64,000 nucleotides of DNA from Octopus vulgaris (lineage: Eukaryota). Location: assembly GCA_951406725.2 (NCBI GenBank), contig OX597827.1:75330001-75394000 (forward strand), in the 5' to 3' direction. Position numbers and translations under genes: made by a program. Positions 13,553 to 25,774 of the stretch are shown one piece after another; within the stretch, counting starts at the first letter, position 1, and every line of letters starts with the position of its first letter. The notes under the pieces were generated by a model. It was not told where the DNA came from, ran no database searches, and worked only from the letters and a program-made list of their open reading frames with translations.

Positions 13553-14497
13553 AATTAAATTCAAACACCTGAATTTCACTTTATATGTTATTTCACAAAT
13601 GCATATTTAATACCTGGGCTCGTGAAAAAACTTGTGATGAAAAATGAAGTCATGAATGAAAAAAGTTTAAGAAGCGCTGTTCTAAACCATAAGACAAACC
13701 GTCCAGTCTAGACAATATTACACTGTATAGAAAAAACTAACCTCTTGTGAGATATAATTATCTAACAGGTTTAGGTTTATGGTTCTTCATGCAATGATTT
13801 CATTGGCTACTTCCAAAATACAATCTGTCCAATCAGAGCTGCCCTAAATAGCTGCATTCTAACTGCTATAAAAGGTGTTCTCTAACTATTATGGATCATG
13901 AAAACAAAAATCTTTTACTCTTGAAATATTGGATAAAATATAAACTGTTCTTGTGTTATACAATATGACATAGGCATAAAAAGATACAGCACAACATTTG
14001 GAGCTTTGCAAAAAAGGGGAGAATATTTCTCAAAGGAAACCTCAAATGTTATGTGCATCCTGTGAGAATATGTTTGTTTAAAAAAAAAATAAGGTTTGTG
14101 AAAGGTTATTAATTTGCCAAAGTGGATCTCTATGGTGAAAAGTTAGGAACTACTGATAGAGTAACATAGCTTGGCAGAGTGGTTGGAACTAGAGAGTAAG
14201 TTAAATTACTAAATTATGAGTTCTCACTAAGTGTAACATACAAGGTGGGTTCTATTCTCTTGTTTCACCTCCTACTCTCTAGGCTACTCGTTGTGGTCAT
14301 CCCAACTCTCTTGAGGCTAATTGATAATAAGAGTGAGATGTGGTCATAGCTTACTTTACGAAACATTCAATATAGTTTGACAAATTGTCTGAAATTTTTT
14401 TTCAACTGTCTGTGGAATCAAAACCATTATTTAGATGTAATATTCAGTATATGACAACATGAAAATTAAAAATGTAAGCAGTATTACTATTATTATT

Positions 14498-15031
14498 GAG
14501 TGAGAGATCAGTGCATGCCATCAAAGTGACACTGGGGTAAAATATATGAAGTCCAGTATACCCATCATGACTACCCGTCTGATAAGGGTACACCAGGCAC
14601 ATGCATCACAACCATATGTGCGCAACATAGTGATCTCATATCGCCAGTGGGGCCCAGTTAGAATTTTCTTCTGGTCGAATAACCCATCCCGCTCAAAAGG
14701 TCCCTGAATAAGGATTGTTTAAGGATGTTGAATGAAACACTCATGTTTCCAGAGGTGAATTATTCAAGCCCCAAAGAATCCCTCTCAACACATGACTATG
14801 ATGCTCCCCCACTACTTCTGCTCGTGATCAGAGATGCACATATCGTCAGCCACCAAGGGACTTGCTCAACTGATTAAGGTCAAACAACTGACAAGCAAAT
14901 CTGTGGTATTGAGCAAAATATTTGCTGTAGCCCATCTTTTATACCAAGACAAAACAATGTACATGATAACACTTCCAATCAGTTAAGATCAGAAGCCACG
15001 AGAGCCATTGCCTGGTGCTGCATCAGAGCAG
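14498..15031. repeat. Probable interspersed element bounded by (TTA)n tracts, unclassified
   Basis: Sharp-edged 530-bp block of higher complexity between two TTA microsatellite remnants. Single copy in the window. Confidence 0.35.
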
Positions 15032-16121
15032 TTATTATTATTAATAATAATATTGATATTAATATTATGTTGTTGTTAGGGTAAGGAAAGATGGTAGGCT
15101 GACAAAAATTCTTAGAGCATTGGATAAAACATTTTGCAGTATTTCACTACAATTCTTTACATTCTGAGTTCAAATCCCACCAAGATCAGCATTACTTTTC
15201 ATTCTTCTAGGATTGTTAAATACCAATATAGTACTGGAGTAGATTTAATCAACTAACTCCTTTCCTCTAAATTTCTGGCTTTATAGTTATATAAGAAAGA
15301 ATTTGCATAGGGAGAAAGCAGTGAATGGCAGAGATGATTGTGATAGCACTATTTAGTTACATCCCTTTACATTCTGAGTTCAAATCCTGTCACGGTTGAT
15401 TTTGGCTTTCATTTAAGTATAAGACTATATATTGATGAAAGGACATATAATAAACACTACCTTGGTAAAATAGACACTATAGTCAATTTTAGGTGACTGT
15501 CCTCTCCTAGAAAATTTGTGGCCTTCTCCCTAAGTTTGGAAACTTCTATTAAAGTGATGGAGTAAAGATAGTTAAAATCTTGCTGGAGTCTACTTTACAT
15601 TTCAACCTGGGGTGGAAGGAATAAAATAGGTACAAGTCATGTAATAGGGTCCTTTCAGTTAGCTATATCGGCCTCTTCCTCAAATTCTGGCCATGTTTTA
15701 ATGGTGGAAATCACTACTGTTTAGCAGAATTAGTAGAGTGCCTTACTATATTTAGTTATGTCTCTGTACATTTTAGATTCAAATCCCACAGAGCTGATTT
15801 TGCTGTTCATCCTTCTCTAAAAGAAATACCAGTCATGTACTGGGGTTCGTTAAATCAACTGTTATCCTCTCACCATGTATATCCTTTTGATCTGGACAAT
15901 ACCTTGGCAGAATCATTAATGCATTGGACAATATTCTTAGCAGCATTTCTTACAGGTTTTTACGGTCTGAAGTAATACAGGGGGATCAATAAAATTGATG
16001 AACTCTCTCCCCATAAAGTTGCTGGCCTTGTGCCAAAATTTGAAATTTTTCATTAGTATTATTGTTATTATTTATATATAATATATTTTATTATCATTAT
16101 TACATGCTCATATTTGAATTT

Positions 16122-16156
<35 letters not shown>

Positions 16157-16159
16157 TAG

Positions 16160-16618
16160 GTGTATGAATACGATGATTTCTACTTCTTGACTGATCCTGA
16201 ACAACTGATCTACAGTCACTGGGCCCACAGGCCAGAATGGCAACTTCTTACCCACCCACTGAGCCTGGCTGAGTTTCAGGAACTGCCACTGGTCAAATCC
16301 TACTTCTTCAAGTGTGGCATGTTTTTCCAGTCTCATCAAAAGGGTGTGATTGAAACAACTGGAGGCCGCCTTTCTCTGGCTGTTGGCTTCATCAAACCAA
16401 CTACTTTCAGTTACAAAGTAATTGATGCTGAAACTAAAGAAGAAGTCTTTAATGGTCGCAAGATGAAGGACTTTGTCCTGCAACTCACTCATGACAATCA
16501 GGTTATTCTCATCTTCCGAGCACCAAAACAAGGCTCCTATTACTTGACCATTTTCGCTCAACTTCTCACTGGTGATGTTGGTGTGAAAAATGTCTACACT
16601 GCATCAGCAGAGTATAAG
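16160..16618 (+). CDS. Coding exon 5 (VYEYDDFYFLTDPEQL...SAEYK), end of TG domain 1 plus first Ig-like repeat
   Basis: Acceptor tactag, donor AAG|gttagt. 459 nt, phase 0 to 0. YFLTDP...HW...WQLL motif. Confidence 0.92.
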
Positions 16619-16623
16619 GTTAG

Positions 16624-16625
<2 letters not shown>

Positions 16626-16714
<89 letters not shown>

Positions 16715-16715
16715 G

Positions 16716-16746
<31 letters not shown>
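16626..16746. repeat. (CT)n-(TA)n microsatellite immediately after the exon 5 donor
   Basis: Read directly. Confidence 0.95.
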
Positions 16747-16751
<5 letters not shown>

Positions 16752-17591
16752 TAAATTAGAGATAAAACCACTATTAGGCAAATCAAACAATGAAAAACAT
16801 AAGCCAATACATAAAATTAATTAATCTATATTATTTTAAATATATATCAAAAGTATTGAAAGTTTAATAAAAGATAATATATATCCAGTGCCCTTGTATG
16901 TTTGTGAAACATTTCTCTCTAGACATTATAAAATGTTTTCCTCTCTATTTATCCCTTGTTTCAAATTCTACAAGTTGAAGCCCCTTTTTTTTTTTTCATA
17001 TGTTTGAGTTCTAGACACTCATACCATTTGTTCAAAATCTCTCCATACACAACAGCATCAACTCTTGACTGTTGTTAGTAGTTGGAAATAATTGTTGACA
17101 GTTTGTTAGAAACAAAGTACATTATTGATCCTGTCTCTGCTTGGCTCAGTCAGTGAAGCTTAATGTTTATTGACAATAGTAATATTCTTGTTACAAGTGA
17201 ATTTCAAATATTTAGGGAGATATTGCAGTGGAAGACTTCTTTGTTAAATGTTTCTTGATAATTCTTCAAAATTTCTCTTGTTCCACCAATCTGGTGCCAG
17301 AGCGGATTAGAACAATGAAAGAATTATTCACTTGTGAAAACTAGAGTTTAGTGAAAAGTTTGGTTTGAAGTATAGATGTCAAACCTTCTCAACTAATTAT
17401 GTAACCAATATAACTAATTACAACCAAATCAGTTCCATGATACCTCTGTGGACAGTCCATGCTGTAAGCTTGCTTCTTCTCATATGACATAGATTTACCC
17501 TTTCTTTTCTAGTCTTAGCTACCTTTATTGTATATGTAATTCTTCAATATCACTCTAAGAAGATAATACTGACTTTGACTTTTCTTCCTAG

Positions 17592-18083
17592 GTTGTTGCT
17601 GATAAAGGCTCAGATGACGCTGCCCCGATGCCACCTTGCTCAGACAGCAACTGGGGTCCCAGTGTTCCAGTTGACCAGCTTGGGCTTATTCCATCACATG
17701 AAGACCCTGTCATCACCACCACTGATGGTAATGTGAAGCTCAGCTTCAAGAAGACTCGCCCTGCCCATATTCTTTGCAAACTACGCAAGCAAGGGAAAGG
17801 TCCCGATGAACTTGAGGAGCTTGTATCTGATAAAGATGAGCCAAACAACATTGCTGTCAGCGCCAAACTGCCTGAACCTGGAGAGTACGGCTTGGAGGTC
17901 TATGGCAATGACCCCTCAAAAGATGGGGATACTTACACCCACATTTGCCAGTATTTTGTCCATTATGCCAAGCCTGATGATCAGGATAGAGCATTCTACA
18001 GTGACTCACCTGAGCGAAGACAGATCTTCTCCATGTCTCCTCAGACTACTGCAATAAATGGCTTCAGTCCAACTAGTACCACT
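17592..18083 (+). CDS. Coding exon 6 (VVADKG...LPEPGEYGLEVYGND...PTSTT), second Ig-like repeat of module 1
   Basis: Acceptor ttcttcctag, donor ACT|gtaagt. 492 nt. LPxxGEYGLEIY motif matches the corresponding repeat in exon 10. Confidence 0.9.
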
Positions 18084-19520
18084 GTAAGTACATGCTATTT
18101 TTATATTATCAAACTAGCTGAAGGAAAGGTCTCTTTCCATTTCTGTCTTTTTGTTACAATTACACCTATGCACTGGTTTGTGCATGCATAAAGAGCCAGT
18201 TATGGCTTAGGTTGATGGTATGAATATGGTTTAATATATGTGAAAAGAAATTACTTTGTGCAATGTTTAGTGAATTTTCTGAACCTTCTTTAATTTCTTG
18301 GATATCATTATATAATGTTGTCCAAGTAAATGCATAAAACAAAGGCATCAGTTTGATTATCACATGCTTAGTTCATCATAACTACTATATTAAGTGTTTA
18401 TAAAACAACATAATACAGTGACAAACTTCAGAGTGTGTCATGTATGCACCAAAATATTGACAGCTGAATTCATCTTTAATCTTTCCATAGATTACAAAAC
18501 TTACACGATCAGTACATCATAATTTCCTCCCTGGAGAGGACGAGTCTCTAAAAGGAAACGTCCTTAGAAAGACCTGTTACTTACTTAGTTTGCTGAATTG
18601 AGACAATATCATCATCATCATCATCACTTAAATAGCTACTTTCCCATTCTGGAATGGGTCAGGTGGAATTTGTTGAGGTAGATTTTCTATGGCCCCATGC
18701 CCTTCCTGTTATCAACCCTTATCTGTTTCCAGGAAAGGTAATATTTCCACATATGGTCATAAATGTTTTTCAAGAAAGGGTAGAAATGAACATCGTTTCC
18801 CTCATCATCATCATTTAACATCCATTGTCCATGCTGGCATGGGTTGGCCAGTTTGACTGGGCTGGCATCTTGGAAGGCTGCACCAGGTTCCAATCTGATT
18901 TGGCACGGTATTTTACAGTTGGATGCCCTTCTTAATGCCAACCACTCTGAGAGTGTAATGGGTGCTTTTACGTGCCACTAACACAAGAGCCATTTATGTG
19001 ACACTGGGATGTGTTTGCATGCCACCGGCACAGGTGCCAATTTGCATAACACCAGTATCTGCCACGACTGCAATTTTGCTAAGCTTGATGGGTCTTCTTC
19101 TCAAGCACAATATAATGCCAAAGGTCTCAGTCATGGCCTCTGTGATGCCCAACACTCGAAAGGAACTCAGCCACTTCGCCTCCAGGAGGCCCAACATTCA
19201 AGAGATGTTCATTACATGCCACCAGCACAGGTGCCCTTGGCTTGACAGGTCCTCTCAAGCACAGCATATTGCCAAAGGTCTCGGTCTCCAATCATTGCCT
19301 CTGTGAGTCCCAAAATTGAAAGTCATGCTTCTATGATATATACAATGGATCTCTTCCAGTTTCCATCCACTAAATCCACTCACAAGGATTTGATCAGTCC
19401 AGGGCATGGTAGAAGGCATTTACCCAAGGTTCCACATAGTGGGACTGAACCTATGGCTACATGTTTCAGAAGCTAGCTTCTTAATCACACAGGCACACAC
19501 CTATTCCCAAGATATATATA

Positions 19521-19889
19521 TCATCATCATCATCATCATTTAGCGTTCGCTTTCCATGCTAGCATGGGTTGGACGGTTCAACTGGGGTCTGTGAAGCCAG
19601 GAGGCTGCATCAGGCCCAGTCTGATCTGGCAGTGTTTCTACGGCTGGATGCCCTTCCTAACACCAACCACTCCGTGAGTGTAGTGGGTGCTTTTTATGTG
19701 CCACCCGCACAGGTGCCAGACGGAGCTGGCAAACGGCCACGGACGGATGGTGCTTTTTACGTGAAAACCGGTATGGGGGCCAGGCGAGGCGGGCAACGGC
19801 CACAAACGGATGGTGCTACGTGCCACCGGCACGAGGGCCAGGTGAGGCTGGCAACGGCCACGAACGGATGGTGCTTTTTACGTGCCACC
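19521..19889 (-). mobile_element. SINE-like family C with (GAT)n tail and internal tandem units
   Basis: Conserved GGATGCCCTTCCTAA(C/T)(A/G)CCAACCAC block. Copies at about 6137-6225, 9390-9660, 18803-19330, 20270-20492, 21201-21499, 38157-38460, 46430-46568 and 46840-47050. Confidence 0.8.
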
Positions 19890-19890
19890 G

Positions 19891-19923
<33 letters not shown>

Positions 19924-21713
19924 GTTGAAACTTGATATATACATACATGAAAACAATATTTTGTATATATGTGTGCAAATAGGAACAAGCAGTATGTGTT
20001 TGTGTAGAGAAATAAAAAACAATACAATATGTATCTCTTTATCCAATCCTCTATACCACTTCACTTATATACCCCCATCTCTCTCTCTCTCTTTCTCTCT
20101 CTATCTATCTATCTATCTATCTATCTATATCTTTCAACTGCAGTAGCCGTGTATCTCCTCTACTGCAAGACACATGTCTCTATCTCTCTATTCATACACT
20201 AATCATTCTGCACTCAGCACAAAGCTATTGCTTCAGTACTACACCCCACCCCACCCAGTTAAAAGGCTCTTGTCTTGCAAGTTACCTTATCACCTCACTG
20301 ATGCCGGTGCCATGTAAAACATGCCTCGTAAACTCTGGTATGTGATTGGCATTTGGAAAGGCATCCAGCTATAGAAACCATGCCAAAGCAGACAGTCTTG
20401 CTTGGCCCATCAGCTCACCAGCTCCTACCAAACCATCCAATTCATGCCAGCATGGAAAAGGGTATTAAATGATGATGATGATGATGATGATGTTATATAG
20501 CATGTGTGTGTGTGTAGATAGACAAAATCAAGACAGTATGTATATATGGGTGGAGATAAATTATTAATGGTATGTACATCTGTTGTGAAACTGTAAAATC
20601 CAAGAAAACTACAGATGGAATATATCAACAAGTACTTTGTACAATAAGAAGAAAGGTCACTCAACTGATGAGCATAATGTTACCAGCACATTCCAAACTA
20701 GCCCTCAGTCATGCTGTCTCTGCTCTGTAACTACAATGGGCCCCTTTTACTTGGAGCTGAGTCGACATTGTACCACCTTCACTCAGGTTACTGCCTGCTT
20801 ATTCATCTCACTTTCTCTCATCACCTGTATTGTGTCCACCCCACCAGGTCCCACACTAATCACCAGGCCCACTTTTTCCTCGCAGGAACATCAGCCCTGT
20901 GGAATCCACCAAGTTGACCAAGTAGAATAAGCTAGCATGATGATGAGAAAAATCAAATGTTTTGAGCATAGCCCTCATCACTATGTATATAAAGGCAGTT
21001 CAAACTGTGCCAGTATGGAACATGGACATTAAATGATAAATGGGATATGAATTGAGCAGACTCTAGTGTTACCAATAACCTTTCTAAGGTCTACTTCATT
21101 ATCCAACAATTTGCAACAGTAAATAGATGTAGCTCTCTGCCTATTTACAAATCTTGAACCTTCATAAATGGTCATATGATGATAATATATATATATATAT
21201 CATCATCATCGTTTAACATCCGTTTTCCATGCTAGCATGGGTTGGACGGTTCAACCAGAGTCTGGGAAGCCAGGAGGCTGCACCAGGCTCCAGTCTTATC
21301 TGGCAGTGTTTCTACAGCTGGATGCCCTTCCTAACGCCAACCACTCCTTGAGTGTAGTGGGTGCTTTTTACGTACCACCGGCACAGGTGCCCGGGGAGGC
21401 TGGCAACGGCCACAATCGGTTGATGCTTTTTACATGCCACCGGCATGGAAGCCAGTGAAGGCATCGACAACATACAGATGGTGCATTTTATGTGCCACCG
21501 ATATATATATATATATATATAGTCGTCATCATCATCATCATTTCCCATGCTGACATGAGTTGGATGACTAATCATGGCTCATACCATCTTGCTCTCGTAG
21601 TAACTGAGAAAACCAGCTTGCTTTGATGATGCTGCGTATGTCTTACAATGTAGGCTGAGTGTGTTTTATCATGTTACTGGTGCTAAAGAGGTTGTTCCAT
21701 GTGAGAGGATTAA

Positions 21714-21918
21714 CCCTTTAACATTTAAACCAGCCAATATATTCTTGATTTATGGTCAAACTGGCAAGATCCGGCACCTCGCACTTACCCTACAATGTCA
21801 TTCTAAAAATAAACTATCACATCATCAACATTTCGAAGTTAAGATTATTCGTGATTAATTCAAAATAACGTGAATAAATAAACATTTCATCTGACAGAGT
21901 AACCTGAATGCTAAAGGG
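21714..21918. mobile_element. piggyBac-like MITE, second copy in opposite orientation
   Basis: TTAA|CCCTTTA...TGCTAAAGGG|TTAA. Internal sequence aligns with the reverse complement of 10203-10412. Confidence 0.75.
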
Positions 21919-22978
21919 TTAAGGTGCCAGCTGTACCAGGTACCATAAAAACCCATGTAATTTACACACCTGTGTAATTTACACAGGTGATTTTCAGGAT
22001 AAAATTAGTTAAAAAAAAAAGCTTCTACTCATATAAAATTTGCACCCAAAGTTTTCAGAATTGCCGATATAGCCAGGGGAAAAGGTTTTCAATTTAGTTG
22101 TATTTAGCATAATTTCATTTACTTATGATTAGATGTTATTAAATTTTCATTAAATAGAAATGACTTCTGTTTAACAGGTATCACATTGAAAGCTATTAAA
22201 TTACAAAGTGTTTGTGTTGTTTATCGTAAACTTTATTTTACATTTCTTGCCCACAAGAGATTATGTCCAATCTTTAGCATACTGCTGAATGTCTTCTCAA
22301 ATCATGATCACAGGAAAAGTTGTTAAGAATTACCGACAAAAACAAAACTGATAAATACGCACAGGTGTTACAAATTAAGTTTAATCATCAATAAACATCA
22401 GCTTGGATGACACTTTACTCAATCGACAGAGGAAGGTGGCTGATCAAACTGATTACATAAACTGAATTCTTTTCTGCCTATTTCTTGTTGGAACCTTTGA
22501 TACAAACTATCGAAATTTTAATCCCTTTCACACTTGTAATATGTCAAGCAAACTTTGAAATTTGTCAGTATGGGCAGAAATTATGAATTGTTTACTGCAA
22601 AGAAGAAATTCTGTGGAATATGCATTTTAATGTTAATGAAGCCAATATTTGAAATTGACATAAACAGTACAACAAACTTCAAACTGTGCCTAGTAATAAA
22701 CAGACAAAAATAAAAACATACAATCAAGATTATCTATATCATTACATTTTTTTTCTATTTAGGAATATCCATATCACTATGTATGTCAATGGTACTCCAT
22801 TGCGATAGGTAGAAACTCCAAGCAATGTAAAATATGGCCTGGACCATGTTTACCAACATGAACATCAGACTTCAAAAAGCAGTTAACCATTTAATGGTTT
22901 TAGAAAATTTATACTAAAAAAGTAAGCATTGTACCATCCAGTATAACTAAACACAAGCACACAAACATATACACACGC

Positions 22979-23009
<31 letters not shown>

Positions 23010-23214
23010 TACATATATACGACAGGCTTGTTTTAGTTTCCATCTACCAAATCCACTCACAAGGCTTTGGTCGGCCCGAGGCTATAGCAGAAGACACTTG
23101 CCCAAGGTGCTGCGCAGTTGGGACTGAACCCAGAGCCATATGGTTCGTAAGCAAGCTATTTACCACACAGCCACTCCTGTATATATGTATGATGGCAGTT
23201 TCTCTATGTCCAAA

Positions 23215-23465
23215 TGTCAAGAGGAAGAGTGGCACGCCCTCAAGTGCCCGTTGTAAATCAATCCTTGATGCTTTTCTTCCGGCCTGCACTTAGTACTTTT
23301 AAAGTGGACATCAATCTGCACAATCCAGTCCCACTCTTTAGACTTGAAGGTGTGACCAAAGTGGCTCAGAGGGCTAAGACTGCCACAGTAAGACCAGCAA
23401 GCTGTAGGTTTTACATTGGTGTAGCCTTTTCCAACATGAATCACCTTACAATGGTTGAGAGCTCC
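23215..23465 (-). mobile_element. Possible decayed CR1-type RT fragment
   Basis: CKVIHVGK...KEWDWIVQIDVHFK resembles KCKVMHxG...ERDLGVxID. Weak. Confidence 0.3.
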
Positions 23466-23466
23466 A

Positions 23467-23525
<59 letters not shown>

Positions 23526-23769
23526 GTATATATATATATAGACACACACATACACTTACCATTTGTTAAACATGTTTTTCCATGGTAGCACAAGTTGGAC
23601 ATTATGTGTGTTTGCGAGTTATTTTAGGGTTCATCAGAGGAGGAAAAGCAATGTCCAAGATTTTTTCCAGTATGCCCAAGACTGGTGAAGTGAAAGGAAA
23701 AGAGGAAGATATCTTCAGATTAGAAATCTGGCTTGAAATACTTGCAATGCAGCCATGGGAATAATTAAT

Positions 23770-24131
23770 GTGGGTTCAGTCCCACTGCGTGGCACCTTGG
23801 GCAAGTGTCTTCTACTATAGCCTCTGGCCGACCAAAGCCTTGTGAGTGGATTTGGTATACGGAAACTGAAAGAAGCCTGTCGTATATATGTATATATATA
23901 TATATATGCATGTGTGTGTTTGTGTGTTTGTGTTTGTCCCCCTAGCATTGCTTGACAACCGATGCTGGTGTGTTTATGTCCCCGTTACTTAGCGGTTTGG
24001 CAAAAAGAGACCAATAGAATTAAGTACTAGGCTTACAAAGAATAAGTCCCGGGGTCAAGTTGCTCGATTAAAGGCGGTGCTCCAGCATGGCCGCAGTCAA
24101 GTGACTGAAACAAGTAAAAGAGTAAAAGAGT
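23770..24131 (+). mobile_element. SINE family A, 5'-truncated (a head-half copy on the - strand lies at 23018-23179)
   Basis: Matches 35342-35743 from the B box onward. Confidence 0.88.
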
Positions 24132-24473
24132 ATCACCTTTCCAAATGACTTCCACCCTGTTGAGACTATATCAAAAAGTACTTACCCAAATTAACCAGCA
24201 ACTGGATTAACTTCAAAGACCTACATAGTTGCAAATTGGCCTTCTTAAGCACACGGCTGTAACTGTGCCCAGAGAGAGAGAGAGGAACGAGCAGTGACTG
24301 CAGTTCTGAACAACTGCATGGAAAGCTATCAAAGTGACTTTGTTACAATTATTCACTCAGCCCACACTTCTTTAGAATATATTACTCAATAGGTTTGACA
24401 CCATTACACCCTGGAACCATCTCAGCCTCACTCTACTATTACTTCTGTATCATTGTTTCATATATTGTGTGCT

Positions 24474-24518
<45 letters not shown>

Positions 24519-24570
24519 TTGCCTAATAGTGGTTTTATCTCTAATTTAATATATATATATATATATTAAA

Positions 24571-24611
<41 letters not shown>

Positions 24612-25735
24612 CATATATCATTCAGCTTTGTTTTAACATTAGTTTCATAGTGGCTGTTGGATAATTGGATAAGTTTCCAATATGTGTGTCCTCAATTGTG
24701 TGTCATTTATTGTCTTCCTAACATTCTCTCTCTCTAGCAACATCATCATTAAATGAACCACTGGTTTGTAATTTGAGGTGTTGGTAGTGATGATTACTCC
24801 TCTCTGTGTGTATGCTTGTGTATGTGTCTACATCTATTCGCTTGTGCCTACATCAGTATTATGTGTTTGTGTGTGTTGACCACACCTACTTAATAAGGAT
24901 ATTTTTCTCAACACTTTATTTTTAATGTAAACACTTTGTCTGTCTGTGTGTGTCTGTGTGAGTGAGTGAGTGAGTGAGGGAGGGGGAGGGGGAAAGAGAA
25001 CCATCCCTATGAACTGGACCAATTAACTAACGGCCATTAATTACCTTATCCCAGAAATAAACAACTTCTTCATATGGGATGTAGCATAAAACACTGTTTG
25101 CTGATCTATGTACCACAGGGACAGTATCTTCTTGCCTTGCCTTTTTTCTTTATGGGTCCAGTGTCTCTATGGTGAGGAGAAGGGGAGTTGTTCATTACCT
25201 ATTCTTCAAATGAACATTGCAGTCTGACTGGTAGATTATGTTGCCATCTTCAGGTAGTGTGGTTTTGTTTTTGTTCATTTATTTGCTTCAGTGTGATTGA
25301 GAGTTTTGGATGCACCAAGTCTTATGTATGGTTTGAACCTGCTAAACTTAACTATTTTCTGGGATCAACAGCAGCAATAGTGTTGAACCTTTGGATTTCT
25401 TATGAAGTGTGTAATCATGGTGATATGTAGAAAATAAGCAGAATTGTTAGGGTTGGACAAAATACCCAGTGTATTTAGGTTGCAGCCTTTTATATCCTGA
25501 GTCAAAATTCTCCCCAAGTCAGTATGACCTACTCTCATCCTTCTAAAGTGATAAGATAAAGTACCAGTTACGAACGTGGGGTGGTAATGGTGGTGGGTGA
25601 AGGGAATGAAAATAAAAGATATATGTGTCAACACCATAGAAAGACAATTTGTTAGTCATAGACGTTACCCCGATGCTTTGTATGTCAAAGCATTTTCACT
25701 CTCGTTGCTTTTTCTGGTTTTCCTTCTCTCTCTTC

Positions 25736-25774
<39 letters not shown>

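Noticed and set aside
17160-17230. FKYLG-like LINE RT motif in intron 5
   Set aside because: Too short, frameshifted, and with no flanking RT motifs.
21941-22800. Tc1/pogo-like left end TACCATAAAAACCCATGTAATTTACAC
   Set aside because: I could not find a matching right TIR or a transposase frame.
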